A stretch of 64,000 nucleotides of DNA from Lama guanicoe (Eukaryota): the NCBI GenBank assembly GCA_013239625.1, contig MU053487.1:1197058-1261057 (forward strand), read 5' to 3'. A program made the position numbers and the translations under genes. The first letter of the stretch is position 1. Every line of letters begins with the position of its first letter. Of the stretch, positions 63,313 to 64,000 are shown in pieces. The notes beneath the pieces are model-generated. The model was given only the letters and a program-made list of their open reading frames with translations, searched no databases and was not told where the DNA came from.

Positions 63313-64000
63313 TCCTTTTTTTTTTTTATTGTTTTGTGGCCACAGTCTAGTTTGGACTGAGATATATTTGAAACTCTGAACCAAGTCTTATCTGAGAAGA
63401 TGTTTAGACAACTGCCAAAAGCAGAATATCAAAATATATGGCTTTCAATTATTCATTCTCTTTCATCTTTTACATTGCTTGAGGTATTCAGATATTGTCT
63501 GCATCACCAAATACACATTAAGTTGATAAATTGAGAGTGAAGGAATGTTACCGTAGAGCAGGATGAGCTCGTCTGCAATGCTGTCTAATGTGGCCTGAGA
63601 GAGGGATGCTTGGTAAAGGGCACTGGGTGTAATTATGGAAACTGGAGGTTTCATCCCAGGACTACTACCTGAATTTGGACAAGTTACCCATATTTGCAAG
63701 GACTATATTCTTTATCCATATAGTAAAGCAACAGAGTAGGTGACAGTTGGTGGGAGGAGTCTTATATAACTCAAACATTTAAAAAAACTCTAATTCTTTT
63801 AGTGCTTGTCAGATAGAGCCAAAATCATAAAAGCCATAAACAGATTGTTTATTTTTAAATGATTAATTTATAATAGGATAACACTGTAACTATTATGGAG
63901 GATTTTCTCTCTCCTTGACAAAGATATTTTAGCTTACAAGGAATGCTTTATTAGTTATCCTTTTGTGTATATTAAATCATTGATCTAAACTAAATTAAAA

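Noticed and set aside
1..64000. CRISPR arrays, operons or prokaryotic defence systems
   Set aside because: The sequence is mammalian, with no regularly spaced direct repeats and no gene-dense coding structure

Overview
This is AT-rich, CpG-depleted mammalian genomic DNA (intronic or intergenic), not prokaryotic. A young tRNA-derived SINE (21694-21828) and a young L1 3' end (60136-60412) resemble camelid (Vicugna/Camelus) repeat families, so the source is probably a camelid; this rests on recall of consensus sequences, not a search. I found no convincing protein-coding exon, rRNA or tRNA gene, CRISPR array or CpG island, and the supplied ORFs look like chance ORFs. The window is dominated by ancient eutherian interspersed repeats (MIR, L2, L1M, MLT1/MLT2, MER3/5/33/58, ERVL and ERV1 solo LTRs), several with readable target-site duplications (TSDs) and nesting. 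The most interesting signal is a possible highly decayed endogenous-retrovirus pol-end/env fossil on the minus strand (~3300-7490). Its motifs lie in proviral order and it appears split by a full-length MLT1A MaLR element. A motif-dense candidate enhancer lies at ~15.3-15.9 kb. Repeat family names come from memory of consensus sequences, and boundaries are approximate unless a TSD is quoted. I do not see evidence for a novel multi-gene system.
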